Origin: Patescibacteria group bacterium
GTDB lineage: Bacteria; Patescibacteriota; Kazan-3B-28
Assembly (NCBI GenBank): GCA_041389145.1
Contig: JAWKSK010000001.1
Location: 91,668 to 155,667 of the forward strand
Direction of reading: 5' to 3'
DNA length: 64,000 bases
The position numbers and the translations under genes were made by a program. The notes under the pieces are model-generated. The model had not been told where the DNA came from. It did no database searches and saw only the letters and a list, made by a program, of their open reading frames with translations. This document shows, piece after piece, positions 56,829 through 64,000 of this stretch; position 1 is the stretch's first letter; every line of letters begins with the position of its first letter.

Positions 56829-57320
56829 TTACTTGGTCTTGCGCTTGGCCCGAGCAGTCTTCTTGGTGGTCTTTTTAGCAGGAAGACGGTCTAAGATTTC
56901 ACGAAGTTGTTTTTGCTCAATGCGGGACAACATGAGTTGAAGGTCTTCAATCTCTTGCTTGGCTTCACGGTTTACTTTGAAGTCGGCTTCGGCATGAACA
57001 CGGTCACGTTCTGACTGACGGTTTTGAGCCATCATAATGATTGGCGCAGTGTAGGCAGCTTGGACAGAGAATAAGAGGTTTAAGAGAATAAATGGATATG
57101 GATCCCAGTGCTGCCAGGCACCATAGATATTTGCCAATACCCACAGAGCAACAATAATACTCTGCCAAATGATAAATCTCCAGGAACCAAGTAATCCAGT
57201 TACTGTATCGGCTAGTTTTTGTCCTTGAGTACGAGAATCACGTCGGCGTTGGTACCAGTTGGTACTCCACTGCCAGGCTTCTTCCCATGTGGATTGGTCT
57301 TTGGTTTTTCGCTTTGCCAT
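56829..57320 (-). CDS. DUF1003 membrane protein
   Basis: 163 aa. Contains WDPYPFILLNLLFSVQAAYTAPIIMMAQNRQSERDR, the hallmark DUF1003 core. Confidence 0.8.
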   Translation of the reverse strand: MAKRKTKDQSTWEEAWQWSTNWYQRRRDSRTQGQKLADTVTGLLGSWRFIIWQSIIVALWVLANIYGAWQHWDPYPFILLNLLFSVQAAYTAPIIMMAQNRQSERDRVHAEADFKVNREAKQEIEDLQLMLSRIEQKQLREILDRLPAKKTTKKTARAKRKTK

Positions 57321-57360
57321 TTACATATATTATAGCACATATAATGTGATTTGTCAATGC

Positions 57361-57384
57361 ATAAAGAAAAACACCTGACGGTGT
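57361..57384 (-). terminator. Terminator after tRNA-Phe
   Basis: Stem acacc/ggtgt (57371-57375 / 57380-57384), followed on the minus strand by ttttctttat. Confidence 0.5.
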
Positions 57385-57389
57385 CTTCT

Positions 57390-57464
57390 TGGTGCCGAGG
57401 GACAGGATCGAACTGTCGACACCGCGCTCTTCAGGCGCGTGCTCTACCACTGAGCTACCTCGGC
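57390..57464 (-). tRNA. tRNA-Phe (anticodon GAA), CCA encoded
   Basis: Minus strand reads GCCGAGGTAGCTCAGTGGTAGAGCACGCGCCTGAAGAGCGCGGTGTCGACAGTTCGATCCTGTCCCTCGGCACCA. Confidence 0.92.
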
Positions 57465-57474
57465 TAATTTGTAA

Positions 57475-57551
57475 TGGTGGGTGCGGAGGGACTCGAACCC
57501 CCGACACCTTGGATGTAAACCAAGTGCTCTAACCAACTGAGCTACGCACCC
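57475..57551 (-). tRNA. tRNA-Val (anticodon TAC), CCA encoded
   Basis: Minus strand reads GGGTGCGTAGCTCAGTTGGTTAGAGCACTTGGTTTACATCCAAGGTGTCGGGGGTTCGAGTCCCTCCGCACCCACCA. Confidence 0.92.
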
Positions 57552-57650
57552 ATTATTGTGAATTGACGACTAGCTGAAATTACCATTTTTTAGGCCTACT
57601 AGGCAAGCACAAAGAGTATTTTCTTCTGTTTTTTAATACAACTGAAAGTA

Positions 57651-58369
57651 TCAGGTTTTATTTCGCATAAGCTTATCTATCTTGAGATAGAGAGGCTTAT
57701 AGAGGTCAGTCCTGATATCAATTTTGAGTTCGTCTTTATCGATTCGGTTTACAAAGGTAACTGGAGCACCTTTGATAGTGGCCAAGGGTTGTTGTTGACT
57801 ACCTTCTCCCATAGTGATGTTGGTAGCGGTAGCTAGACCATCGGTGAGATTAATTTGTGAAGAATGGAATTGTCGATCAAATATATCTTTTCCACCTCGG
57901 TAGTCCTCTACCCCTTTAAATCCTGCGTACCCAATACCAACTCCCATTCCACCTGTACGAAGCGGGAAGGTACGTGTGTCGGTAATAATTACCCCGAGTT
58001 TTTAAGCTTGAACTTGCCCATCAGCTGTCGGCGAAGGCGACTAGCTGATCTAAACTATCCTTAGAAGCATGATGATTTACCGTCTTCTGAATTAGATTCA
58101 TCGATACCAGCAGATGACATAACCATTCCATCTTTTACGGTAAGCCAAACATATTTGGTAGGGATGACGATATCACTTTCCTTGTAGATGAGGTCTATTT
58201 TGCTTTGAACGGTTAGCTTAGGAGCAGTTCTTTTCTCGGCGAGAGCAACTATTTTTGAAGTAACTACTACGATTGATTCTTCTGGTAGTTCTTTGATGTA
58301 TTCACAGACAAAGTCGAAGAGATTCTCTCCTTCTTTAAAGATTCTAGTTTTGATTGGTATAACTAACAT
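57651..58369 (-). pseudogene. CofE-like (F420-0:gamma-glutamyl ligase family) gene broken by at least three frameshifts between 57948 and 58075
   Basis: N-terminal ORF 58061..58369 reads ...VVVTSKIVALAEKR...SSAGIDESN. C-terminal ORF 57651..57947 reads GVGIGYAGF...TDGLATATNITMGEG. The linking residues (SKDSLDQLVAFADS and KLGVIITDTRTFPLRTGG) are found in two further frames. Confidence 0.6.
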
Positions 58370-58382
58370 TTGTAGTTTAGTT

Positions 58383-58410
58383 ATATCAAAAAGTATCCAT
58401 ACAAGGATAC
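58383..58410 (-). terminator. Terminator after tRNA-Leu(AAG)
   Basis: Stem gtatcc/ggatac (58393-58398 / 58405-58410), followed on the minus strand by tttttgatat. Confidence 0.55.
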
Positions 58411-58413
58411 CTT

Positions 58414-58498
58414 TGGTGGGCGCGGAGAGACTCGAACTCTCACGCCTTGCGGCACACGGCCCTTAACCGTGCGTGTATACCAGTTTCACCACGCGCCC
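58414..58498 (-). tRNA. tRNA-Leu with anticodon AAG (A at wobble position 34), CCA encoded
   Basis: Minus strand reads GGGCGCGTGGTGAAACTGGTATACACGCACGGTTAAGGGCCGTGTGCCGCAAGGCGTGAGAGTTCGAGTCTCTCCGCGCCCACCA. Acceptor stem is GGGCGCG/CGCGCCC, anticodon stem CACGG/CCGTG, loop TTAAGGG, variable arm GCC-GCAA-GGC and T-arm GAGAG/CTCTC. Confidence 0.85.
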
Positions 58499-60229
58499 TT
58501 ATTGTTCTGGTTGTGCCTCGGTATCTTCTACTACCGGTTCAGGATCTGGCATGGCAGTACGCTTGGTTCTGACATACCACTGTTCGATAGTAGCAAATCT
58601 ATCGGAAAGTGAGGAGAGATTTATCTGATCCGTTACTCCCTTTAGTTTGGAATCTACTATATAGGTATAACGCGGAGTATACAAGAGGATAGCCGGAACC
58701 AATTGGGCAAAGGCATCCTGGAAGCGATGATAGGCTCCAATTGACTGATTCACAGTGGCAGATAGTCTAGCCGATTCTAGGTTGTTATCGATGTCTTTAT
58801 CTATGGTTACAGCTAGGGCTAGGCCCGGATCAGTGATTTGGCTACTATGCCAGTAGACATACGGGTCGGAGTTACCACCGAGGTCCTGTCCAAACAAAAG
58901 TGCATCGTAGTTACGAGGACGAACGATGTCTTTGATGAAGCCGGCAGTTTCGACTTCGTTAAGTTCGACCTGGGCTCCAAGAATGGTCCAGTTGTGAACT
59001 AATAGTTTAGCAATGGCACTGAGCTTGGCATCCTGACGAGTAGCGAGTGTAAAGCTGAGACGAACGTTATCTTTTTCTAGGATTCCATCACCATCTACGT
59101 CAGCCCAACCGGCGTTTTTAAGGATAGTAGCTGCTTGGTTTAAGTTGAAGTCATATTTTTTAACATTGTCCTTATGTCCCCAGAATCCAGGCAGGATTGG
59201 TGAGTCAACAACATCGGCATGATTGTTTTCAACCTGCTCAACGATTTCTAACTTGTTAGTGGCATAGGCTAAGGCCTGGCGGACAGTGTTGTCCTTTAAG
59301 GCTTGGTTATCCCCTAGTTGGTTGAAGAAGATAGCACGGTATTGGGGAAGTTGGTAGTTAAACTGCTGATCCCCAGCAATACCAGCTGCGATGGTAGGTT
59401 CTTCTAATAAACCGGCAGCGGAAATAGCACGGTTTTTGAATGCAGTTTGGAGCGTACGTTCGTTTTCATAGAAATAGAAAACAACCTTATCCAAGTGAGG
59501 TTTAGTGCCGTAGTAGTTATTGTATTTTTTAAGAGTAACCGATTGATTACTAATCCCTCCGTCATATTGAAATGGTCCGGTACCGATAATGGCAGCTGGA
59601 CGATAGAAGGAGGTAAAGTCACGAACAGCTACCTGACGGTAGATATGTTCTGGAATGATGCCAATATCTAAATCGTATAAGAAGAAGCTAGAAGGTGCTG
59701 GCAGAGTGAACTGAACGGTGTGTTCATCTAGGCGTTCTACGGTAACCCCTTGGAAGTTGGACTTGAGGACTCCGGTGTAGTCGTTGTTTTGCAACACGTT
59801 GAAGGTGTAGACCACATCATCAGCAGTAAAGTCCTGACCATCATGCCATTTAACATCAGGACGGAGGTTAAAGATGTAGGTCTTATCCCCATTGGCTAAA
59901 TTCCAACTTGCTGCCAAGTCGGGCATTACCTCACGAGCAGGACTGACCTTAACCAGGCCTGAGAAGACTAAGCGAGAGATATCTAGATCGACCTGGTTAG
60001 TACCAGCTAATACTGGGTTAATGTAGCGAGGAGCTCCAACTACACCTTCGATATGGACACCACCGTCAGCAGCTATGATTGCTGTATTTTGATTCTTAAT
60101 CCCAGTAAGTTGGGCGGTGCTAACTAAAATAGCCAGGATTAGAATACTGACGATTCCCCGTTCAATATTAGTGAATTTGTGAAAGAATCCTGCAAACCAG
60201 AGTCTGAGATGTTCAGACCGTGCTTGCAT
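58499..60229 (-). CDS. ABC transporter substrate-binding protein, family 5 (peptide/nickel, OppA/DppA-like), N-terminally anchored
   Basis: 576 aa with TM anchor IVSILILAILVSTAQL. Contains YIFNLRPDVKWHDGQDFTADDVVYTF, typical of SBP_bac_5. The stop codon abuts the tRNA 5' end. Confidence 0.85.
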   Translation of the reverse strand: MQARSEHLRLWFAGFFHKFTNIERGIVSILILAILVSTAQLTGIKNQNTAIIAADGGVHIEGVVGAPRYINPVLAGTNQVDLDISRLVFSGLVKVSPAREVMPDLAASWNLANGDKTYIFNLRPDVKWHDGQDFTADDVVYTFNVLQNNDYTGVLKSNFQGVTVERLDEHTVQFTLPAPSSFFLYDLDIGIIPEHIYRQVAVRDFTSFYRPAAIIGTGPFQYDGGISNQSVTLKKYNNYYGTKPHLDKVVFYFYENERTLQTAFKNRAISAAGLLEEPTIAAGIAGDQQFNYQLPQYRAIFFNQLGDNQALKDNTVRQALAYATNKLEIVEQVENNHADVVDSPILPGFWGHKDNVKKYDFNLNQAATILKNAGWADVDGDGILEKDNVRLSFTLATRQDAKLSAIAKLLVHNWTILGAQVELNEVETAGFIKDIVRPRNYDALLFGQDLGGNSDPYVYWHSSQITDPGLALAVTIDKDIDNNLESARLSATVNQSIGAYHRFQDAFAQLVPAILLYTPRYTYIVDSKLKGVTDQINLSSLSDRFATIEQWYVRTKRTAMPDPEPVVEDTEAQPEQ

Positions 60230-60332
60230 TCCGGTTAAGGCAGTTAGAGCCTTAGGGCCAGATTCTTCAACTTTTTGTCGTTTAACGATACGAATAGTCG
60301 CGATTCGTTAGATAACAGTAATTAAGCGCTTC

Positions 60333-60602
60333 CTAGACGAAAAGGAGAGCGTATGCGAGTGCCACAAAAATAACAGCTAAGACAATGGTGATGATGAACA
60401 ATGTCTTTTCTGACCCCCGACGAGAACCATAGAACACATTTCCCCCACCAAAGGCCTCACCTAATGAGGCGCTTTTTGATTGGAGCAAGATAGCGGCTAC
60501 CAAGAGAGCTCCAACGATTAATTGAATGATAATTAGAATTTTTTGCACGTAGATTTTGTGACTTAAAAATAACTCTGCAATACTAGCAATTTTATCTGGC
60601 AA
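60333..60602 (-). CDS. secG: Preprotein translocase subunit SecG (start uncertain: TTG at 60602 or GTG at 60548)
   Basis: Contains IIIQLIVGALLVAAILLQSKSASLGEAFGGG...RGSEKTLFIITIVLAVIFVALA. Confidence 0.8.
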   Translation of the reverse strand: MPDKIASIAELFLSHKIYVQKILIIIQLIVGALLVAAILLQSKSASLGEAFGGGNVFYGSRRGSEKTLFIITIVLAVIFVALAYALLFV

Positions 60603-60639
60603 AGTAAAGGTGTGTAAGGTTTAAGGATGCTAATTATTT

Positions 60640-60669
60640 TTGACAATTAAGGCCAGATTCAGGTATAGT
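60640..60669 (+). promoter_or_regulatory. Sigma70-type promoter of the bactofilin/lipid-kinase operon
   Basis: TTGACA (60640-60645), 18 nt, then TATAGT (60664-60669). The TTG that begins the longest ORF is the -35 box itself. Confidence 0.55.
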
Positions 60670-60717
60670 GTGAAAGCATTTTTGGGGTGCTGTATTAGTA
60701 CTTCAAGCATTACAACT

Positions 60718-61152
60718 ATGAGTAAAACAAGATCTGATTTTGCCGATTTCGCTAACCCGGACACAATCCTAGGTAAAGGAATCGAGATTAAGGGTCAAAT
60801 GTCGACTCAAGGTGACGTTCAAGTGAATGGTGCCTTTAGTGGAAAAATCACAACTAATGGAGATGTCGTCGTTGGCGAACATGCTTTTGTCGATGCTGAT
60901 ATTAGTGGTGAAAACGTCTATGTGGCCGGTGAAGTAGAAGGAGATATCCATGCCATGGATAAGATCCATATCTTAGAAACCGGACGTGTAAATGGAAATG
61001 TGACCTCATCCGCATTAGAAATAGAAGCTGGTGGTATCCTTAAGGGTAGTAGCACCATGCGAGATGTAGAGGAAGCAGTTCCCGAGATAGATCCGACATT
61101 TGAAGTGGAAGAAACACAAAGTGACAAGGACAAGAAGTCGGACAGCAAATAG
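60718..61152 (+). CDS. Bactofilin (polymer-forming cytoskeletal protein, DUF583)
   Basis: The beta-helical repeat region reads ILGKGIEIKGQMSTQGDVQVNGAFSGKITTNGDVVVGEHAFVDADISGENVYVAGEVEGDIHA...GRVNGNVTSSALEIEAGGILKG. I place the start at the ATG at 60718. Confidence 0.85.
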   Translation: MSKTRSDFADFANPDTILGKGIEIKGQMSTQGDVQVNGAFSGKITTNGDVVVGEHAFVDADISGENVYVAGEVEGDIHAMDKIHILETGRVNGNVTSSALEIEAGGILKGSSTMRDVEEAVPEIDPTFEVEETQSDKDKKSDSK

Positions 61153-61155
61153 ACT

Positions 61156-61959
61156 ATGTACTTGTTTTTAGTTAATCCAGAAGCTGGTGGTAAAAAATTC
61201 TCCAAGATCGAGAAAAGATTTGTGGGGCTTTTAGATAAGTTAAAGATCAAGCACAAGATTGTGATGATCGAAAACTTAGCAGATATTCCACAAATTCTAG
61301 ATGAGAACGTAAACACTAGAACAGAAGGTGTAGCCATTGTAGGAGGAAATGCCACGGTCAATGCGGTAATTAACGCAGTGGTATCAGAAAATACCCCAAT
61401 CGCTATTGTGCCATTAAGTAAAACTAATCACCTGGCTACTAGCCTGGGGATTCATAGATGGGAGCAAGCCCTGTCGGCAATTGCTAATCCAAATCTAATT
61501 GATGTGAGATTAGGTAAAGTTGGTAGCCACTACTTTATTGGTAGCGCAGAAATTGCTTCTCATCAGAATATTATTGAAAAGTATCTGAATAAATCTAATC
61601 CCTTAATGAAATTCTTGGGGATTAGACAGAGCGTGCCTTCTACCCAGATGGCAGTAGATATGGATATTACTCTAGACCAACAGATGACCATTAAAGGACC
61701 CGTGCATGGGATTAGAGTGGATCTGGTATCTGATAAAGATAAGAAGCTACGGGTAGAGATTTTAGCCCATGATGATAACAAGGTAGCAAAAACCGTAATC
61801 ATGGCAGATGAACTAGAAGCAGAGAGTGAGAAGAAAATGCCAGTGGTAATCGGTAATGAAACCATTACCCATACCCCGGTTGAGATTAAAGGAGTGAGCA
61901 AGCACATTAAGCTGATCTCCCCTGCTCCTAAAAAGGAAGATAAGAAAACTAAGAAATAA
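61156..61959 (+). CDS. Diacylglycerol/lipid kinase catalytic-domain protein (YegS/DagK-like) with a variant GGDGT motif
   Basis: 267 aa. Begins MYLFLVNPEAGGKKF. It reads VGGNATVNAV where family members have GGDGT, followed by IAIVPLSKTNHLATSLGI. Confidence 0.6.
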   Translation: MYLFLVNPEAGGKKFSKIEKRFVGLLDKLKIKHKIVMIENLADIPQILDENVNTRTEGVAIVGGNATVNAVINAVVSENTPIAIVPLSKTNHLATSLGIHRWEQALSAIANPNLIDVRLGKVGSHYFIGSAEIASHQNIIEKYLNKSNPLMKFLGIRQSVPSTQMAVDMDITLDQQMTIKGPVHGIRVDLVSDKDKKLRVEILAHDDNKVAKTVIMADELEAESEKKMPVVIGNETITHTPVEIKGVSKHIKLISPAPKKEDKKTKK

Positions 61960-62003
61960 ACCTGGTATATCTAATAACTTCTGGTATATTTGGGGCGTAA
62001 AAG

Positions 62004-62549
62004 ATGCCAAGACCTACTAAGAAATTCACACACAAGAGAGAGCCAAGAACCCGAATCAATATGATGATTACTGCTTCGGAGGTATTTTTAATTGGTGCAG
62101 ATGGTAAACCAGTAGGTAATGTTTCCCTCAGAGATGCCCTGGCAGCTGCCAGAGAGGCAGAATTAGACTTGGTAGAGATTTCTCCTAATGCCAAACCTCC
62201 TGTGGTTAAGGTGTTGGACTTTGGAAAGTATAAGTACGAACAAACCAAGGCTAAATCCCGCCAAAAGGCTAATAGTAAGGAGTCTGAGGTAAAAGAAGTT
62301 CGCCTGGGAGTTAGAATTGGAGACCATGATTTAGAGGTTAAAGCGAAGATGGCAGAACGCTTCTTAAAGGATAAAAACAAGGTAAAAGCCTCCTTAGTCT
62401 TCAAAGGAAGAGAGATCGTCCACAAGGCCTTAGGAGAGGAAGTATTGATAAACTTTGTTGACAGATTAAAGGATATCGCTAAAATGGAACAAGCTCCCAC
62501 TCAACAGGGTCGGAGTATGTATATAGTATTAGCTCCTACAAAGCATTAA
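62004..62549 (+). CDS. infC: Translation initiation factor IF-3
   Basis: 181 aa. Contains VFLIGADGKPVGNVSLRDALAAAREAELDLVEISPNAKPPVVKVLDFGKYKYE. Confidence 0.95.
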   Translation: MPRPTKKFTHKREPRTRINMMITASEVFLIGADGKPVGNVSLRDALAAAREAELDLVEISPNAKPPVVKVLDFGKYKYEQTKAKSRQKANSKESEVKEVRLGVRIGDHDLEVKAKMAERFLKDKNKVKASLVFKGREIVHKALGEEVLINFVDRLKDIAKMEQAPTQQGRSMYIVLAPTKH

Positions 62550-62743
62550 TGCCTAAGATTAAGACACACAAAACAGCCAGCAAAAGAGTGATGGTTACCG
62601 CCAGTGGCACTTTGCGTAGGAGAAAGGCTGGTCAATCTCATAAGCTTACCAAGAAAACTGCAGCTCAGAAGCGCAATAACAGCAGAGTCGTAAGCGTAGC
62701 TAAGGCAGACGTGAAGAGACTTCGCAGATTGATCGCTAAATAA
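62549..62743 (+). CDS. rpmI: 50S ribosomal protein L35
   Basis: 64 aa. Begins MPKIKTHKTASKRVMVTASG. Confidence 0.93.
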   Translation: MPKIKTHKTASKRVMVTASGTLRRRKAGQSHKLTKKTAAQKRNNSRVVSVAKADVKRLRRLIAK

Positions 62744-62757
62744 TTTGAATTTCTAAA

Positions 62758-63105
62758 ATGGCCCGAATTAAAAGAGGACAAGTAGTACGTCGTAGACACA
62801 AGAAAGTATTAGCACAGACTAAGGGTTTTCGTGGTTTACGCCACTCTAACTACAAGCGTGCTAAGGAAGCTTTAATGCACGCTCTGTCCTATGCTTACCG
62901 TGACAGACGTAATAAGAAGCGTAGCTTTAGAGGCCTGTGGATCACTCGTATCAACTCAGCCCTAACCGAAATGGATATGAGCTACAACAAGTTCATGAAG
63001 GCAGCCAAAGATAAGAACATGCAGATCGATAGAAAGGTATTATCCCAGCTCGCCATCCAGCAGCCAGAAATGTTTAAGGCAGTTGTAGAACAAACCACTA
63101 AGTAA
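62758..63105 (+). CDS. rplT: 50S ribosomal protein L20
   Basis: 115 aa. Begins MARIKRGQVVRRRHKKVLAQTKGFRG. Confidence 0.96.
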   Translation: MARIKRGQVVRRRHKKVLAQTKGFRGLRHSNYKRAKEALMHALSYAYRDRRNKKRSFRGLWITRINSALTEMDMSYNKFMKAAKDKNMQIDRKVLSQLAIQQPEMFKAVVEQTTK

Positions 63106-63110
63106 ATTAA

Positions 63111-63138
63111 AAACACCTAGCAGAGATGCTGGGTGTTT
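63111..63138 (+). terminator. Terminator after rplT, shared with the convergent gene
   Basis: Stem aaacacctagc/gctgggtgttt followed by tta-g-ttt. It overlaps the stop of ORF 63138..63998. Confidence 0.6.
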
Positions 63139-64000
63139 TAGTTTGTGATTGCTGAGCCAAACAGTTGATCAGCTAGCAACTTATCATCATATAGTTGCTT
63201 GGTTTTTTGATTAAGATCTCCATCAATTCCAAGAGATGAAGATGTGCGGAGAGTAGATTTGAGCCAAGCACTGTCACCAGATTGTTTAAATACTCGAAGA
63301 CTGTATTGATTGGATACAGAAATGTTAGGGGTGTATTTAAGAGTTACATCATGGGTTTGACTAGGTTGGGTGGTGATCCATAATCCAAAGACTGTTTTGC
63401 CTTCGTCTTCGTAGGTTTCAATGGTAGTGCCATCATCTTGGCCAGTTGCGACATTTAGTTTACTTCCAAGCGGGGTATAGATGCGGACATAGTCCTTGTT
63501 TGGCCCATCTGGGAAGGTATCGGTGCCTTGGTGGGTGTAGGAAAGGGTAAGAGTGGTTTCGGCTTCACCAGTTGCGTTAACACTAACGTAGTGCGAAATA
63601 CGACTAGCTAATTTACCACTACTTTTACGACCGCCAAGGTTGGATCTAATCACTCCCAAGAAGTCTTGATTAGGGGCAAGGATTGGCATAGTCCCGGAGT
63701 AACCAAGAGTGGTGATAGCACCTGCAAGCTTGGTGTTGCGGGTGTAGATCATAATCTCTTTAGAGTTTAAGAGATTAACCAATATCTCATTTACTTGAGA
63801 TAGTTCACTAGCTGGAAGAGAGAGAAGTCGGTCCAACATAATTGGTGCTAGCTCCCCTAATATTTCTTTAGGATTATCGGTTTTGTTATCGATGAATTGA
63901 GTGTATTCCTGGGTGAGATCGACAAAGTTATTAGCGGTAACTACCTCCCCTTTTCCAGGAAGTTCAATAGGACCAGTGATAGCAAGTAGGTTTTGCATTA
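63138..64000 (-). CDS. Hypothetical protein, probably the C-terminal part of a DUF4012-like protein (likely continues beyond the window)
   Basis: The 286-aa ORF reaches the window edge. LLAITGPIELPGKGEVVTANNFVDLTQEY resembles the core of DUF4012 proteins from memory, but the assignment is weak. Confidence 0.4.
   Translation of the reverse strand, partial: MQNLLAITGPIELPGKGEVVTANNFVDLTQEYTQFIDNKTDNPKEILGELAPIMLDRLLSLPASELSQVNEILVNLLNSKEIMIYTRNTKLAGAITTLGYSGTMPILAPNQDFLGVIRSNLGGRKSSGKLASRISHYVSVNATGEAETTLTLSYTHQGTDTFPDGPNKDYVRIYTPLGSKLNVATGQDDGTTIETYEDEGKTVFGLWITTQPSQTHDVTLKYTPNISVSNQYSLRVFKQSGDSAWLKSTLRTSSSLGIDGDLNQKTKQLYDDKLLADQLFGSAITN

Noticed and set aside
60640-60717. 26-codon N-terminal extension of the bactofilin ORF starting at a TTG
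   Set aside because: That TTG is part of a consensus TTGACA -35 box paired with TATAGT 18 nt downstream. The ATG at 60718 gives a typical bactofilin N-terminus.
61949-62500. 183-aa minus-strand ORF
   Set aside because: It is antisense to infC (62004..62549), which is clearly IF-3. It has no motifs and is a shadow ORF.
1-64000. Alternative genetic code (UGA recoding, as in some CPR lineages), CRISPR arrays, IS elements or integrases
   Set aside because: UGA terminates well-conserved genes at the expected length, e.g. htpX at 52306-52308. No regularly spaced direct repeats, no terminal inverted repeats flanking a transposase-like ORF, and no tyrosine or serine recombinase motifs were seen in any frame of the supplied ORFs.

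Overview
The window is 64 kb and almost entirely minus-strand coding. It comes from a small, moderately AT-rich bacterial genome using the standard code (UGA is a stop). It looks like a Candidate Phyla Radiation / Patescibacteria organism: rpsE and rplO are 1 nt apart with no rpmD, genes are tightly packed and overlapping, and there are several giant secreted proteins. The lineage call is inference. Layout: (1) 1-11.1 kb is a co-directional cell-surface locus holding a tail-fibre-like giant repeat protein, a membrane-anchored cohesin protein, a small dockerin protein, a ~14-blade delta-60 beta-propeller giant and a beta-helix protein. (2) 11.1-17.2 kb holds MscS, DUF2784, glutamate dehydrogenase, cupin, a 2H phosphoesterase, MATE and a small Cys-rich protein. 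(3) 17.2-20.5 kb is a decayed, repeat-laden region next to tRNA-Trp, with three broken Nudix paralogues and repeated tRNA-3'-half-like elements and terminators. (4) 20.4-50.0 kb is one uninterrupted co-directional super-cluster: rpoB-rpoC-rpsL-rpsG-fusA-[orphan ORF]-tuf-S10-spc-alpha-rplM-rpsI-secE-nusG-rpmG-tRNA-Trp. (5) 50.2-55 kb holds envelope genes: a TM/coiled-coil protein, an SPFH-like protein, a lipoprotein, HtpX, LemA, DUF218 and LysM. (6) 55.1-58.5 kb has seven tRNAs alternating with single genes, including an unusual tRNA-Leu(AAG). (7) 58.5-64 kb holds a peptide-type SBP, secG, bactofilin, a lipid-kinase-like gene, infC-rpmI-rplT and a DUF4012-like gene. Several genes carry single-base frameshifts at short homopolymers (secY, gdh, a lipoprotein, a CofE-like gene and the giant repeat protein), so assembly error must be excluded before calling them pseudogenes. 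I recognised no rRNA, CRISPR, transposase, integrase or reverse transcriptase.
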